A DNA stretch of 44,549 bases from Prevotellaceae bacterium (GCA_030523165.1 JAUNIZ010000001.1:1-44549); one strand, 5' to 3'. Positions 28,512 to 38,532 are shown, numbered from the stretch's first letter. Numbers and translations are program-made. Notes: generated from the sequence alone by a model not told the origin.

Positions 28512-29705
28512 ATGAATACACAGACAGAGCTATTGAAAAAAGATATGCGCAATGTTTTGGAAAACAATATCTTGCGTTTTTGGATAGACCGTATGACAGA
28601 TAATGAGAATGGAGGATATTACGGAAGGATTGACGGATATGACAACATTGACTCACATGCAGAAAAAGGAGCTATCCTTAATGCACGTATTCTTTGGGCA
28701 TTCTCAGCTGCATATCGTGTTTTAGGAAACAAGGAATATCTTGATGCAGCCAAACGTGCGAAGAATTATATAATGGAACATTTCATTGATAAGGAATACG
28801 GAGGAGTATTCTGGAGTCTTGACTACAACGGTAATCCAAAAGACACCAAGAAACAAACCTATGCAATAGGATTCACAATCTACGGAATGTCTGAATTTGC
28901 ACGCGCTACAGGTGATAAAGAAGCTTTGGATTGTGCAATATCTCTATATCATTCAATAGAAGAACATGCTTTTGACTCTGTAAACAATGGATATACAGAA
29001 GCACTTTCAAGAGAATGGAACAGGATTGAAGATATGCGTCTTTCTGATAAAGACGAAAATCTCTCCAAAACAATGAACACACATCTGCATGTAATTGAGC
29101 CATATACAAATTTATATCGTGTATGGAAAAATGCAGAACTAAAAGAAAGGCTTGTAAATCTACTATCCATATTTAAAGACAAGATTCTCAATAAAGAAAC
29201 TAATCATCTTGATTTGTTCTTTGATGATGAATGGAAAGGGAAACGTAATATCCACAGTTACGGACACGATATAGAAGCATCATGGTTATTGCATGAAACA
29301 GCATTAGTTCTTGATGACAAAGATATATTATCCGAAACAGAAACAATAGTTTTAAACATTGCATCTGCTGCTGATGAAGGGCTTACAAATAATGGTGCCA
29401 TGATTTATGAAAAATGGTTAGATACAGATAAAGCAGATTCTTCACTTCAATGGTGGGTACAATGCGAGAATGTCATTGGGCATATCAATCTTTATCAGTA
29501 TTTCAACACAGAACATTATCTAGATATTGCCGAACAATGCTGGCAATTTATCAAATCGGAACTTGTCGACAATGAAAACGGAGAATGGTTATGGAGTATC
29601 AACAGCGACGGCACCCCTAACCGTAAAGATGATAAAGCAGGTTTTTGGAAATGTCCATATCATAACACTAGAATGTGTCTTGAAATAATTGAACGTAACT
29701 TTTAA
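28512..29705 (+). CDS. Cellobiose/mannobiose 2-epimerase (AGE family)
   Basis: KGAILNARILW, KTMNTHLH, SYGHDIEASWL, WWVQCE, WKCPYHN. Confidence 0.92.
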   Translation: MNTQTELLKKDMRNVLENNILRFWIDRMTDNENGGYYGRIDGYDNIDSHAEKGAILNARILWAFSAAYRVLGNKEYLDAAKRAKNYIMEHFIDKEYGGVFWSLDYNGNPKDTKKQTYAIGFTIYGMSEFARATGDKEALDCAISLYHSIEEHAFDSVNNGYTEALSREWNRIEDMRLSDKDENLSKTMNTHLHVIEPYTNLYRVWKNAELKERLVNLLSIFKDKILNKETNHLDLFFDDEWKGKRNIHSYGHDIEASWLLHETALVLDDKDILSETETIVLNIASAADEGLTNNGAMIYEKWLDTDKADSSLQWWVQCENVIGHINLYQYFNTEHYLDIAEQCWQFIKSELVDNENGEWLWSINSDGTPNRKDDKAGFWKCPYHNTRMCLEIIERNF

Positions 29706-29747
29706 TAACTTTTTGAGTGATGAATATTAATTCTCATTGATTTTCAT

Positions 29748-29755
29748 TATCTTTG
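29748..29755 (+). promoter_or_regulatory. -7 box for the AraC regulator (and probably GH2)
   Basis: TATCTTTG, 88 nt upstream of the ATG. Confidence 0.55.
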
Positions 29756-29843
29756 TACAAAATAGTTTACTAAAGGTTCAATATCAATCCAAACATTGAA
29801 TATAACCTGAAAGTATTATCAGTCATTCAATTCTAAACAATTT

Positions 29844-30740
29844 ATGAAATATCCAACTGTCAGCGGTGGCGTGTTGCATGAGATAACGCCATTAATGGAA
29901 AAAGATCTCCTATACATTGCCGACAGGCACAAAAAGGAGTTCACTTATCCTATACACAAGCACGATGTGTTTGAACTCAATTTTGTGGAACATGCCGCTG
30001 GTGTCAGACGTATTGTTGGTGACAATAGTGAGGTAATAGGTGACTACGATCTCGTGCTCATCACGAGTGTTGACCTTGAACACGTGTGGATGCAAAACAC
30101 ATGCACAAGCGAGAACATTCATGAGATAACAGTACAATTCTGTTTCGACCTTACGGAAGGAAGTTTATTCAGTAAGAATCCTTTCTCACGCATATACCAT
30201 ATGCTCAATCTTGCCCGCAGAGGTCTATGCTTTCCTATGGAAACTATCATAAAAGTATATACCTCTCTTTCAACTCTCAGTTCAGAGAAGGATGGGTTTA
30301 CAGCATTCATTCAGTTTATGAACATACTGGATACCCTATCTAAGAGTGAAGGCTCACGTACTCTTGCTACAACGAGCTATGCAAAGGTCAATCTTGGAGA
30401 AGACTCCAAGCGTATCCTTAAGGTCAAGGATTTCATAGACAATCATTACATGGACGAGATAAAGCTAAAGACTTTATCTGATATTGCATGCATGAGCGAA
30501 GCGGCATTCAGCCGTTTCTTCAAACTCCATACTGGAAGAACAGTTAGCGACTACATAATAGATATACGATTAGGCTATGCCTCACGCATGCTTGTCGATA
30601 CTAACAAGAATGTTGCTGACATAAGTTTTTTATGTGGCTATAATAATCTAAGCAATTTTAACCGCGTATTTAAACGTAAAAAGGGATGCTCTCCTACCGA
30701 ATTCAGAGAATATTATCGTAAGATCAAAGTAATTATTTGA
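29844..30740 (+). CDS. AraC-family regulator (cupin sensor domain + double HTH)
   Basis: PIHKH..FELN...H cupin motif; AFSRFFK...G.T and CGYNNLSNFNRVFK..KG.SP.EFR. Confidence 0.95.
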   Translation: MKYPTVSGGVLHEITPLMEKDLLYIADRHKKEFTYPIHKHDVFELNFVEHAAGVRRIVGDNSEVIGDYDLVLITSVDLEHVWMQNTCTSENIHEITVQFCFDLTEGSLFSKNPFSRIYHMLNLARRGLCFPMETIIKVYTSLSTLSSEKDGFTAFIQFMNILDTLSKSEGSRTLATTSYAKVNLGEDSKRILKVKDFIDNHYMDEIKLKTLSDIACMSEAAFSRFFKLHTGRTVSDYIIDIRLGYASRMLVDTNKNVADISFLCGYNNLSNFNRVFKRKKGCSPTEFREYYRKIKVII

Positions 30741-30771
30741 CCATTGTTGATTACATTCTTTATCTAAAGCC

Positions 30772-33645
30772 ATGAAAAAAGGATTATTCACTATTTTGCT
30801 CATATTCATCAGCCTCAACATAGTTGCAGGAAACGGGAAACGACACACAATCAACCTATCAGGCCAATGGCAATTTGCGCTTGATGAGGATTCTACAGGA
30901 TTGTCTAAAGGTTTCCTTTTCTCCAACTTTGATGATTCCGTCATGTTGCCAGGCACAACAGATACAAATAGAAAAGGACATCCTTTGACTAAAAAAAACG
31001 AAACCACACATCTATCACGATTATATTCTTACATAGGCAAAGCATGGTACAAGCGTGATGTAATAATACCAAAAGAATGGAAAGATAAAGATATATATCT
31101 ACATCTAGAACGTACTAAATCATCAAAAATCTATATAGACGGCGTTTATGCTGGCTCAAATAATGATGTCTCTACCCCACAGATATATAATCTGACTGCG
31201 TTTTTAAGACCAGGGAAACATACAGTTACGATTATCATTGACAATGCTAAAGGCATACCTAACCAGCTCCTTACCGCTTCACATGCCTTTACAGAAGATA
31301 CACAAACCAACTGGAACGGAATTATAGGAGATATATTCTTAGAATGTGTAAATCCTGTACATATTGATAACATCATGATGTCCAGTCGCACAGAGCCGAT
31401 AACATTCCAATATAGTATTTTAGGAAAAACAAAGAAAAAAATATCACTTACCGAAGTAATAACAGACGTGTCAACCGGCGAGAAGGTTTATGAAAAACAA
31501 CATAAAGTTGATATACGCAAGACATCTACAATAACAAGCATTGTTCCTAATGACGTCTATGAAAAACTTAAACGCTGGGATGAGTTTGAACCAAACATTT
31601 ATAAATTCACTGTCTATATTGATAACGGCGATTCTATCTGCAAGACTTTCGGAAAAATAGACTTTAAGACAAAAGGTAATTTTTTCTATGTAAACGGAAA
31701 CAAGACTTTCCTTCGCGGAAAACACGATGCATGCGTGTTCCCATTGACAGCACATGTACCAATGGATACAGATTCATGGCGCAGGTATTTCTCAACGCTT
31801 AAGCAATATGGCATCAATCATGTACGTTTCCATTCATGGTGTCCACCTGAAGCCTGCTTTGAAGTAGCTGATGAAATGGGTTTCTATCTCCAACCCGAAT
31901 TGCCGTTCTGGGGTGATTTCAATGACAAAGATCCTTATCTTATGTCTTTCCTTCATAAAGAAGGTCTCAACATTCTTGGCAAATATGGTCACCATCCGTC
32001 ATTTGTAATGATGGCATTAGGCAACGAACTATGGGGTTCCATCCCTAATATGCAGGAGTTTGTGCGTGATTTCCGAATGGCAGACAGTACAAAACTATAT
32101 ACCTTAGGCTCAAACTATTATCTTGGATATAAAGAGCCAATGCCAGAAATGGACTATTTTACCACTTGTCGTATTGGAGGTGAAGCATGGGGAAAATACA
32201 ATACCCATGTACGTGGCTCATTCTCATTTGCCGATGCTTATGACGGAGGATTGATTAACCATGAGTATCCTAATACCATAACAACATTTGAAAAAGCTAT
32301 AGAAAGAACCTCTATACCTGTAATAAGCCATGAGACAGGACAATTCCAAGTATATCCAGATTATAGGGAAATAAGCAAGTATACAGGTGTTTTATACCCC
32401 TATAACATGGAAATTTTCAAGAAAAGACTTGAAAACTCATGTATGTCAGATCTAGCAAATCAATTTCACAAAGCATCTGGATTATGGTCGGTTTTATTAT
32501 ATAAAGCCGATATTGAAATGGATTTACGTACAAAGAATATGGCAGGATTCCAGCTTCTTGACATTCAAGACTATCCAGGACAAGGTTCTGCTTATGTTGG
32601 TATACTTGACGCTTTCATGGAAAGCAAAAATATAGTATCGCCTGCAGAATGGAGACAATGGTGTTCGCCTGTAGTACCTTTGTTTGAAACACATAAAATG
32701 TGTTATACAGACGGAGATACCATAAGTGGAAATATAATGATAGCTGCATACGATAACGGGAAATCTGATTTGAAACAACTTAAATGGAAACTTCTTGACA
32801 CGAACAACAACATTAGGACCGAAGGTATATTACCTATAAATGCCAAGAATGGCAACGGACTGATTGAAGTTGGACAGATTTGCATTAAAGCAAAACTTGC
32901 AGATAAGTCTATCAATGAACGTATGAATCTAATACTATCAATAGACGGAACGTCATACCATAATTCTTATCCATTATGGATATATAGGAACAATGACTTT
33001 CATAAAGACATTAAAGAACTGAGCAGAAATATATTGATTACTGATTCTATGACATCTGAAGTTGTTGAGAAACTCAACAACGGAGCAAAAGTATTGCTTA
33101 TGCCCAATGATTCTATATACAAACAACAGACCGTAGGTGCATTATTCCAGACAGACTACTGGAACTATAGAATGTTCAAGACTATCTGTCAAAACAACAA
33201 GAAAGCCATTTCGCCAGGAACTCTTGGTATGTTGATTGACAACACACATCCTTTGTTCATGAATTTTCCTACAGAAATACATACCAACTGGCAATGGGCT
33301 GCTATCGTGAAACATTCCAATCCTTTCATTTTAGACAATACACAAGACAATTATCGTCCTATAATACAAGTAATTGACAATGTAGAGCGCAACCACAAAC
33401 TTGGACTTGTATTTGAATTTACCGTAGGAAAAGGGAAACTTCTAGTTTGCATGTCCGATCTGAATAAAGCCATGACAAACCAATATCCTGAGGTAAACCA
33501 GTTTTATATTAGTCTATTAGAATACATGAATTCTACAGACTTCAGTCCTGCTACATCATTAACGGTTGATAAACTCAACGCTTTGTTGACGGAAAAAGTA
33601 TCAGAAGAGAATATAAACGAGCTAAGAAACATATCTTTTGAATAG
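30772..33645 (+). CDS. GH2-family glycoside hydrolase, specificity unknown
   Basis: LSGQWQF, AWYKRDV, TNWNGIIG, RWDEFEP, RFHSWCPP, LGNEL (acid/base), ISHETG (nucleophile); signal peptide. Confidence 0.85.
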   Translation: MKKGLFTILLIFISLNIVAGNGKRHTINLSGQWQFALDEDSTGLSKGFLFSNFDDSVMLPGTTDTNRKGHPLTKKNETTHLSRLYSYIGKAWYKRDVIIPKEWKDKDIYLHLERTKSSKIYIDGVYAGSNNDVSTPQIYNLTAFLRPGKHTVTIIIDNAKGIPNQLLTASHAFTEDTQTNWNGIIGDIFLECVNPVHIDNIMMSSRTEPITFQYSILGKTKKKISLTEVITDVSTGEKVYEKQHKVDIRKTSTITSIVPNDVYEKLKRWDEFEPNIYKFTVYIDNGDSICKTFGKIDFKTKGNFFYVNGNKTFLRGKHDACVFPLTAHVPMDTDSWRRYFSTLKQYGINHVRFHSWCPPEACFEVADEMGFYLQPELPFWGDFNDKDPYLMSFLHKEGLNILGKYGHHPSFVMMALGNELWGSIPNMQEFVRDFRMADSTKLYTLGSNYYLGYKEPMPEMDYFTTCRIGGEAWGKYNTHVRGSFSFADAYDGGLINHEYPNTITTFEKAIERTSIPVISHETGQFQVYPDYREISKYTGVLYPYNMEIFKKRLENSCMSDLANQFHKASGLWSVLLYKADIEMDLRTKNMAGFQLLDIQDYPGQGSAYVGILDAFMESKNIVSPAEWRQWCSPVVPLFETHKMCYTDGDTISGNIMIAAYDNGKSDLKQLKWKLLDTNNNIRTEGILPINAKNGNGLIEVGQICIKAKLADKSINERMNLILSIDGTSYHNSYPLWIYRNNDFHKDIKELSRNILITDSMTSEVVEKLNNGAKVLLMPNDSIYKQQTVGALFQTDYWNYRMFKTICQNNKKAISPGTLGMLIDNTHPLFMNFPTEIHTNWQWAAIVKHSNPFILDNTQDNYRPIIQVIDNVERNHKLGLVFEFTVGKGKLLVCMSDLNKAMTNQYPEVNQFYISLLEYMNSTDFSPATSLTVDKLNALLTEKVSEENINELRNISFE

Positions 33646-33833
33646 AATATACATGTTTATGATATGCAAGTTCCTGTAAGAGTGTCCAAACTCTTGCCAA
33701 GAAAGAAATATCTATATGAGAGATTTCTTCAAAATCACATCAATATAGCATTTAATGTGCCAGATAATTGCTTGCTTTATCATAAAAAAGAAAAATAAAT
33801 CGATAATTATTCGTTTATTTAAGTGCTTTTGCA

Positions 33834-33841
33834 TACCTTTG
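33834..33841 (+). promoter_or_regulatory. -7 box for pnp
   Basis: TACCTTTG, 42 nt upstream of the ATG. Confidence 0.6.
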
Positions 33842-33883
33842 CCAAGATTTTATTAAGATGTTATAAAACAACGAAGTTTTTAG

Positions 33884-36202
33884 ATGAACGTAATTACGAA
33901 AACAGTTTCATTGCCTGATGGCAGAACCATCAGCATTGAAACCGGGAAAGTGGCAAAGCAGACTGACGGCTCGTGTATGCTCCGTATGGGCAACACCGTA
34001 TTACTCGCCACTGTTTGTGCCGCAAAAGATGCAGTTCCCGGAACAGATTTTATGCCTTTGCAGGTAGAGTACAGAGAACAGTATGCCGCAGCAGGACGTT
34101 TTCCTGGCGGTTTTACAAAGCGCGAAGGCAAAGCTAGTGACAATGAAATTCTTACATGCCGACTGGTAGACCGCGCATTGCGCCCTCTTTTCCCGTCAGA
34201 TTTCCATGCTGAAGTATTTGTTAATGTTATTCTTTTCTCAGCTGACGGTGTAGACCAGCCTGATGCGCTTGCAGGTTTTGCTGCTTCTTGCGCTTTGGCA
34301 TGCTCAGATATCCCGTTCGAGTGTCCTATCTCTGAAGTGCGTGTAGCACGTGTTAACGGAGAGTATGTGGTTAATCCAACATTCGAACAGATGAAAGACG
34401 CTGATATGGATCTCATGGTAGGTGCCTCTAAAGAGAATATCATGATGGTTGAAGGCGAAATGAACGAAGTTTCAGAGCAAGATCTTCTTCAGGCTCTCAA
34501 GGTTGCACAAGATGCAATACGCCCAATGTGCGAGATGCAGGAAGAACTTTCTAAGGAACTCGGAACAGACGTTAAGCGTGAATACTGCCACGAAGTCAAC
34601 GATGAAGAACTACGTGAACAGTTACGCAAGGATACTTACGACAAGTGTTATGCTATAGCTGAAGCTGGCGATCATGACAAGAAGGCTCGCGAAGAAGCAT
34701 TCAGCAAGATAAAGACTGACTTCGAAGAAGCATACGCTGCAGCTCATACAGAGCTTACAGAAGACGAGCTTGAAGAGAAATATGCTCTTATTGACCGCTA
34801 CTATCACGATGTAGAGCGTGACGCTATGCGCCGTTGCATCCTTGATGAAGGCAAGCGTCTTGATGGTCGTAAGACAGACGAGATTCGTCCAATATGGTGC
34901 GAAGTAAGTCCTCTGCCTATGCCTCACGGAAGCTCAATCTTCACACGCGGTGAGACACAGAGCCTTACAACATGTACACTTGGTACAAAACTTGACGAAA
35001 AGATGGTTGATGATGTTCTCGATAAGAGTTACATGCGCTTCCTTCTCCATTATAACTTCCCTCCGTTCTGTACTGGTGAAGCAAAGGCACAGCGCGGTGT
35101 TGGCCGTCGTGAAATCGGTCACGGTCACCTTGCATGGCGTGCTTTGAAGGGCCAGATTCCTGCAGACTATCCTTATACAGTACGTCTTGTATCACAGATA
35201 CTTGAGAGTAACGGATCTTCATCTATGGCTACAGTATGTGCAGGCACACTCGCGCTGATGGATGCAGGTGTTCCTATGAAGAAGCCTGTCAGCGGTATCG
35301 CAATGGGACTTATCAAGAATCCAGGTGAAGACAAGTATGCTGTTTTGAGCGATATCCTCGGTGACGAAGACCATCTCGGTGACATGGACTTCAAGACTAC
35401 AGGTACAAAAGACGGTCTTACAGCAACTCAGATGGATATTAAGTGCGACGGACTTAGCTTTGAAATACTTGAAAAGGCTCTTCTTCAGGCTAAACAGGGT
35501 CGTGAATATATCCTTGGAAAACTCACAGACACTATCGCTGAGCCACGTGCCGAGCTTAAACCACAGGTTCCACGCATTGAGGCATTTGATATTCCTAAGG
35601 AATTCATCGGTGCTGTTATCGGTCCTGGCGGCAAGATTATCCAGCAGATTCAGGAAGAATCAGGCGCAACTGTCACTATCGATGAGATAGACGGCAAGGG
35701 CAAAGTTCAGGTAAGCGCACCAAACAAAGAAAGCATAACCAAAGCTATCTCTAAGATTAAGGCAATCGTTGCTATACCTGAAGTCGGTGAAGTTTATGAA
35801 GGAACTATCCGTTCTATCATGCCTTATGGCTGCTTTGTAGAAATAATGCCAGGCAAAGACGGATTGCTCCATATATCAGAAATAGACTGGAAGCGTCTGG
35901 AAACAGTAGAAGAGGCTGGTCTGAAAGAAGGCGACAAGATAACCGTTAAACTGGTAGACATAGACCAGAAGACAGGTAAATACAAGCTTTCTCACCGTGT
36001 TCTCCTTCCTAAACCAGAAGGATTCGTTGAGCGCGAACGCCGTCCACGCCCAGAGCGTAGACCACGTCCTGATCGTAACGACCGTCAGGGCAATCGCGAA
36101 CCTCGTCGTTTCGAGCATCGCAACAACAATGACTATCATGACCCAATGGCACCAAAGGAGCCAAAAGACTTTAATGATAGTCTTGACCACAACAATGATT
36201 AA
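33884..36202 (+). CDS. pnp: Polyribonucleotide nucleotidyltransferase
   Basis: Two RNase PH domains ([32 protein letters not shown]), KH (IGPGGKII), S1. Confidence 0.98.
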   Translation: MNVITKTVSLPDGRTISIETGKVAKQTDGSCMLRMGNTVLLATVCAAKDAVPGTDFMPLQVEYREQYAAAGRFPGGFTKREGKASDNEILTCRLVDRALRPLFPSDFHAEVFVNVILFSADGVDQPDALAGFAASCALACSDIPFECPISEVRVARVNGEYVVNPTFEQMKDADMDLMVGASKENIMMVEGEMNEVSEQDLLQALKVAQDAIRPMCEMQEELSKELGTDVKREYCHEVNDEELREQLRKDTYDKCYAIAEAGDHDKKAREEAFSKIKTDFEEAYAAAHTELTEDELEEKYALIDRYYHDVERDAMRRCILDEGKRLDGRKTDEIRPIWCEVSPLPMPHGSSIFTRGETQSLTTCTLGTKLDEKMVDDVLDKSYMRFLLHYNFPPFCTGEAKAQRGVGRREIGHGHLAWRALKGQIPADYPYTVRLVSQILESNGSSSMATVCAGTLALMDAGVPMKKPVSGIAMGLIKNPGEDKYAVLSDILGDEDHLGDMDFKTTGTKDGLTATQMDIKCDGLSFEILEKALLQAKQGREYILGKLTDTIAEPRAELKPQVPRIEAFDIPKEFIGAVIGPGGKIIQQIQEESGATVTIDEIDGKGKVQVSAPNKESITKAISKIKAIVAIPEVGEVYEGTIRSIMPYGCFVEIMPGKDGLLHISEIDWKRLETVEEAGLKEGDKITVKLVDIDQKTGKYKLSHRVLLPKPEGFVERERRPRPERRPRPDRNDRQGNREPRRFEHRNNNDYHDPMAPKEPKDFNDSLDHNND

Positions 36203-36226
36203 TATTGTTTTCCATAATTGTGACTT

Positions 36227-36257
36227 GGGCGACACGTGATTGTGCCGCCCTTGTTTT
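36227..36257 (+). terminator. pnp intrinsic terminator
   Basis: GGGCGACAC-N6-GTGCCGCCC then TTGTTTT. Confidence 0.7.
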
Positions 36258-36646
36258 ATATATATATTGCTAATAGTCATATATCATAAGCAGACTTAAT
36301 AGTAACTCATTTCCATGAGATACAAGAATCTACTATAAACACAAACCAGCCAATTAAAAACATCTATCACGCTATAACCTACTTTCTCTGATACTTTCGG
36401 TAATATTCCGTTTTACAATGAACATGGCATACATCTGCTTCCTATAAAACGAAAATATCCATAACTGATGATTTGAATTAAAACATAAAGTTTTCTTTAT
36501 TATGTAAAGTTTAAGTCATAAAACATATTCTTTTAACGGCCTGAAAATGCGCATGGTGAAAAATAATTTGCCTTTTGTCTGAAATAACGCAAGAAAACGT
36601 GTGCAATTATAATGTGCTGTATTATAGCATGTTGCGTTGTTATTTT

Positions 36647-36781
36647 AAATTCTGTGCATTGTTTTTACACGAAATATGCTTGATTTTAGCCCAAAATCCA
36701 TGCAATTTCGACTCGAAACCATATTGTTTTTGAGTAGTAAACGACACGTTTTCCACTCGTAAACCATACGTTTACTACATG
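36647..36781. repeat. Degenerate ~22-bp-period array (about 6 units)
   Basis: T tracts start at 36662, 36684, 36706, 36727, 36749, 36771; best units TAAACGACACGTTTTCCACTCG and TAAACCATACGTTTACTACATG. Confidence 0.7.
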
Positions 36782-37059
36782 TAAGTGGCACAGATAGGAT
36801 TAGAAAAGACGTTTATAGAGTTATTCAATGGCATTTCATGCACATAATTTTTCTATTTCACGATTTTCTTTTGTCATGATTTAAGAAAGTATTAAGACAT
36901 GGGAAGATTGTTCGTTCATGTAAAGAAAAAGAAAATAGTTTTCTGTTTACAAAACCAAACACACCATTCTATAATAAAAAAATAACGAGTAATATTGCCA
37001 GTAAAACCTAGTATATTCATGTAATATGAATTATTCAACGTAACCCACAATAATATAAC

Positions 37060-37084
37060 TGAGAATGCATTACATACATTCTCA
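37060..37084 (-). terminator. Probable recO terminator hairpin
   Basis: TGAGAATG-N9-CATTCTCA, 12 nt past the recO stop codon. Confidence 0.45.
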
Positions 37085-37096
37085 CATACAAATCAT

Positions 37097-37822
37097 CTAT
37101 GTGAAAAGTTCTTTCAATACTTCTATGGATTTCATTTCGGGAAAATCAGGAATATGAATCCTGTAATAATCAAGAATGACATCAAGCAATCTGTTACGCT
37201 CAAGACGAGACATCTTGTACAAATGCATAGTCGGAAAGTTCATTCTCATCATTACCTGAATAAGGTCGGCCTCCGCTGGAGCAAGATAATCTCTATGCAA
37301 AGGAGGCGCAGAACTAAAGCTACTTGAACGAAGATCAAACCATTTGCCATGACCATAATCTTCCAGGTTTGGATAGAAACCAAAGAATTTCGTAAGACGC
37401 ATAGCGAATACGAGATGAAAATTAGCGAATTGATCTTCACATCCATCTAGCCATAGTATACTGTTCTCTATATATGAGAACATTGTACTGTCAGTCTGTT
37501 CTCGTCGAGTAGCGCAACGAAGGAATTCCGCAATAAACAAAGAAATGGAGAGTTTATATGGATTGAATGGAATAGATATAAACGGATTGACGACCCTTGC
37601 CTCTTTTATATGCTGCAAATTGGAATGCTGACGTATATCCAAAACCACTTCCAAAATAAACAACGGTTGGAAATATTGCTTTTTAAGCTTGCCTTTCGAA
37701 GACTTCGGCAAACGCAGTATGCATGCTTGACGACCACACTGCTCGGTCAGCAAGTCAACTATCATCTGCATCTCTCCATATTTAAAGGAATGCAATACTA
37801 TTGCCTTTGTTTTAGTAAGCAT
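37097..37822 (-). CDS. recO: DNA repair protein RecO
   Basis: TKAIVLH..KYGE...IV, FQPL, LFIAEFL, NFHLVF...L.KFFGFYP, YYRIH.P..PEMKS.EVL. Confidence 0.9.
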   Translation of the reverse strand: MLTKTKAIVLHSFKYGEMQMIVDLLTEQCGRQACILRLPKSSKGKLKKQYFQPLFILEVVLDIRQHSNLQHIKEARVVNPFISIPFNPYKLSISLFIAEFLRCATRREQTDSTMFSYIENSILWLDGCEDQFANFHLVFAMRLTKFFGFYPNLEDYGHGKWFDLRSSSFSSAPPLHRDYLAPAEADLIQVMMRMNFPTMHLYKMSRLERNRLLDVILDYYRIHIPDFPEMKSIEVLKELFT

Positions 37823-37874
37823 AGGTGCAAAAATACAAAAAAACGCCTATTTATGAAAAATATTTCAGAAAAAG

Positions 37875-37906
37875 TTTGGTGGAATGAAATAAAACATCTA
37901 CCTTTG
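37875..37906 (+). promoter_or_regulatory. Consensus Bacteroidetes promoter for tRNA-Glu/rpsT
   Basis: TTTG (37875-37878), 20-bp spacer, TACCTTTG (37899-37906). Confidence 0.8.
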
Positions 37907-37926
37907 CACCGCAAAAAATCACCGAC

Positions 37927-37998
37927 GGTCCCTTCGTCTATCGGTTAGGACGAGAGATTTTCATTCTCTAAAGAGGAGTTCGACTCTCCTAGGGACTA
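37927..37998 (+). tRNA. tRNA-Glu (TTC); CCA not encoded
   Basis: Acceptor stem GGTCCCT/AGGGACT, anticodon arm AGAGA-TTTTCAT-TCTCT, T arm AGGAG-TTCGACT-CTCCT. Confidence 0.96.
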
Positions 37999-38028
37999 CA
38001 AATAAATAAAATAAGGAATATAACAAAG

Positions 38029-38283
38029 ATGGCAAATCACAAATCATCAGTTAAAAGAATCCGTCAGGACAAGGCAAAGACATTGCATAACAGATATTAT
38101 GCAAAAACTATGCGCAATGCAGTTCGTAAGTTGCGCGCCCTCACCGATAAGGAAGAGGCTTTGAAGCTGTACCCAAGCGTACAGAAGATGTTGGATAAAT
38201 TAGCTAAGACTAATATCATTCACAAGAACAAGGCAGCTAACTTGAAATCAAGCCTTGCTCTGCACATCAATAAGTTAGGCTAA
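38029..38283 (+). CDS. rpsT: 30S ribosomal protein S20
   Basis: [13 protein letters not shown]...[12 protein letters not shown]. Confidence 0.97.
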   Translation: MANHKSSVKRIRQDKAKTLHNRYYAKTMRNAVRKLRALTDKEEALKLYPSVQKMLDKLAKTNIIHKNKAANLKSSLALHINKLG

Positions 38284-38310
38284 TATAAAATTCCTAAATA
38301 ATACATGATT

Positions 38311-38350
38311 ATGCCGTAATCTTAAACAGAGATTACGGCATTAATTGTTT
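38311..38350 (+). terminator. rpsT terminator
   Basis: ATGCCGTAATCT-N7-AGATTACGGCAT perfect 12-bp stem, then TAATTGTTT. Confidence 0.8.
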
Positions 38351-38524
38351 ATATACAGACAATGCCTGACTACAACACGCAACAGGCCAAAATAGACCTT
38401 TTACTCATGCTTATTCAGCCAAAATCCCCATTTTCAGGAAGGCATTAAAATAACATACAGAATACTAGAGTATATATTTTACTTTTTTAGCAACAATTTA
38501 TCAAGCTATGTCGGATATTTTTTG

Positions 38525-38532
38525 TATATTTG
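38525..38532 (+). promoter_or_regulatory. -7 box for gyrB
   Basis: TATATTTG, 24 nt upstream of ATG 38557. Confidence 0.55.

Noticed and set aside
5325-33645. PUL as a recently acquired mobile island
   Set aside because: It looks more AT-rich than pnp by eye, but I could not compute this, and no transposase, transfer genes or flanking direct repeats are visible.
33880-36280. Antisense and alternate-frame ORFs over pnp (e.g. 33880-34443, 35876-36280) and similar ones over gyrB, susC, GH3, GH130 and M6
   Set aside because: Shadow ORFs of strongly coding genes, with no recognisable motifs or expression signals.
37927-37998. tRNA-Glu as an island attachment site for the integrase
   Set aside because: No duplicated tRNA 3' end seen; it is flanked by recO and rpsT, and the integrase is 37 kb away.
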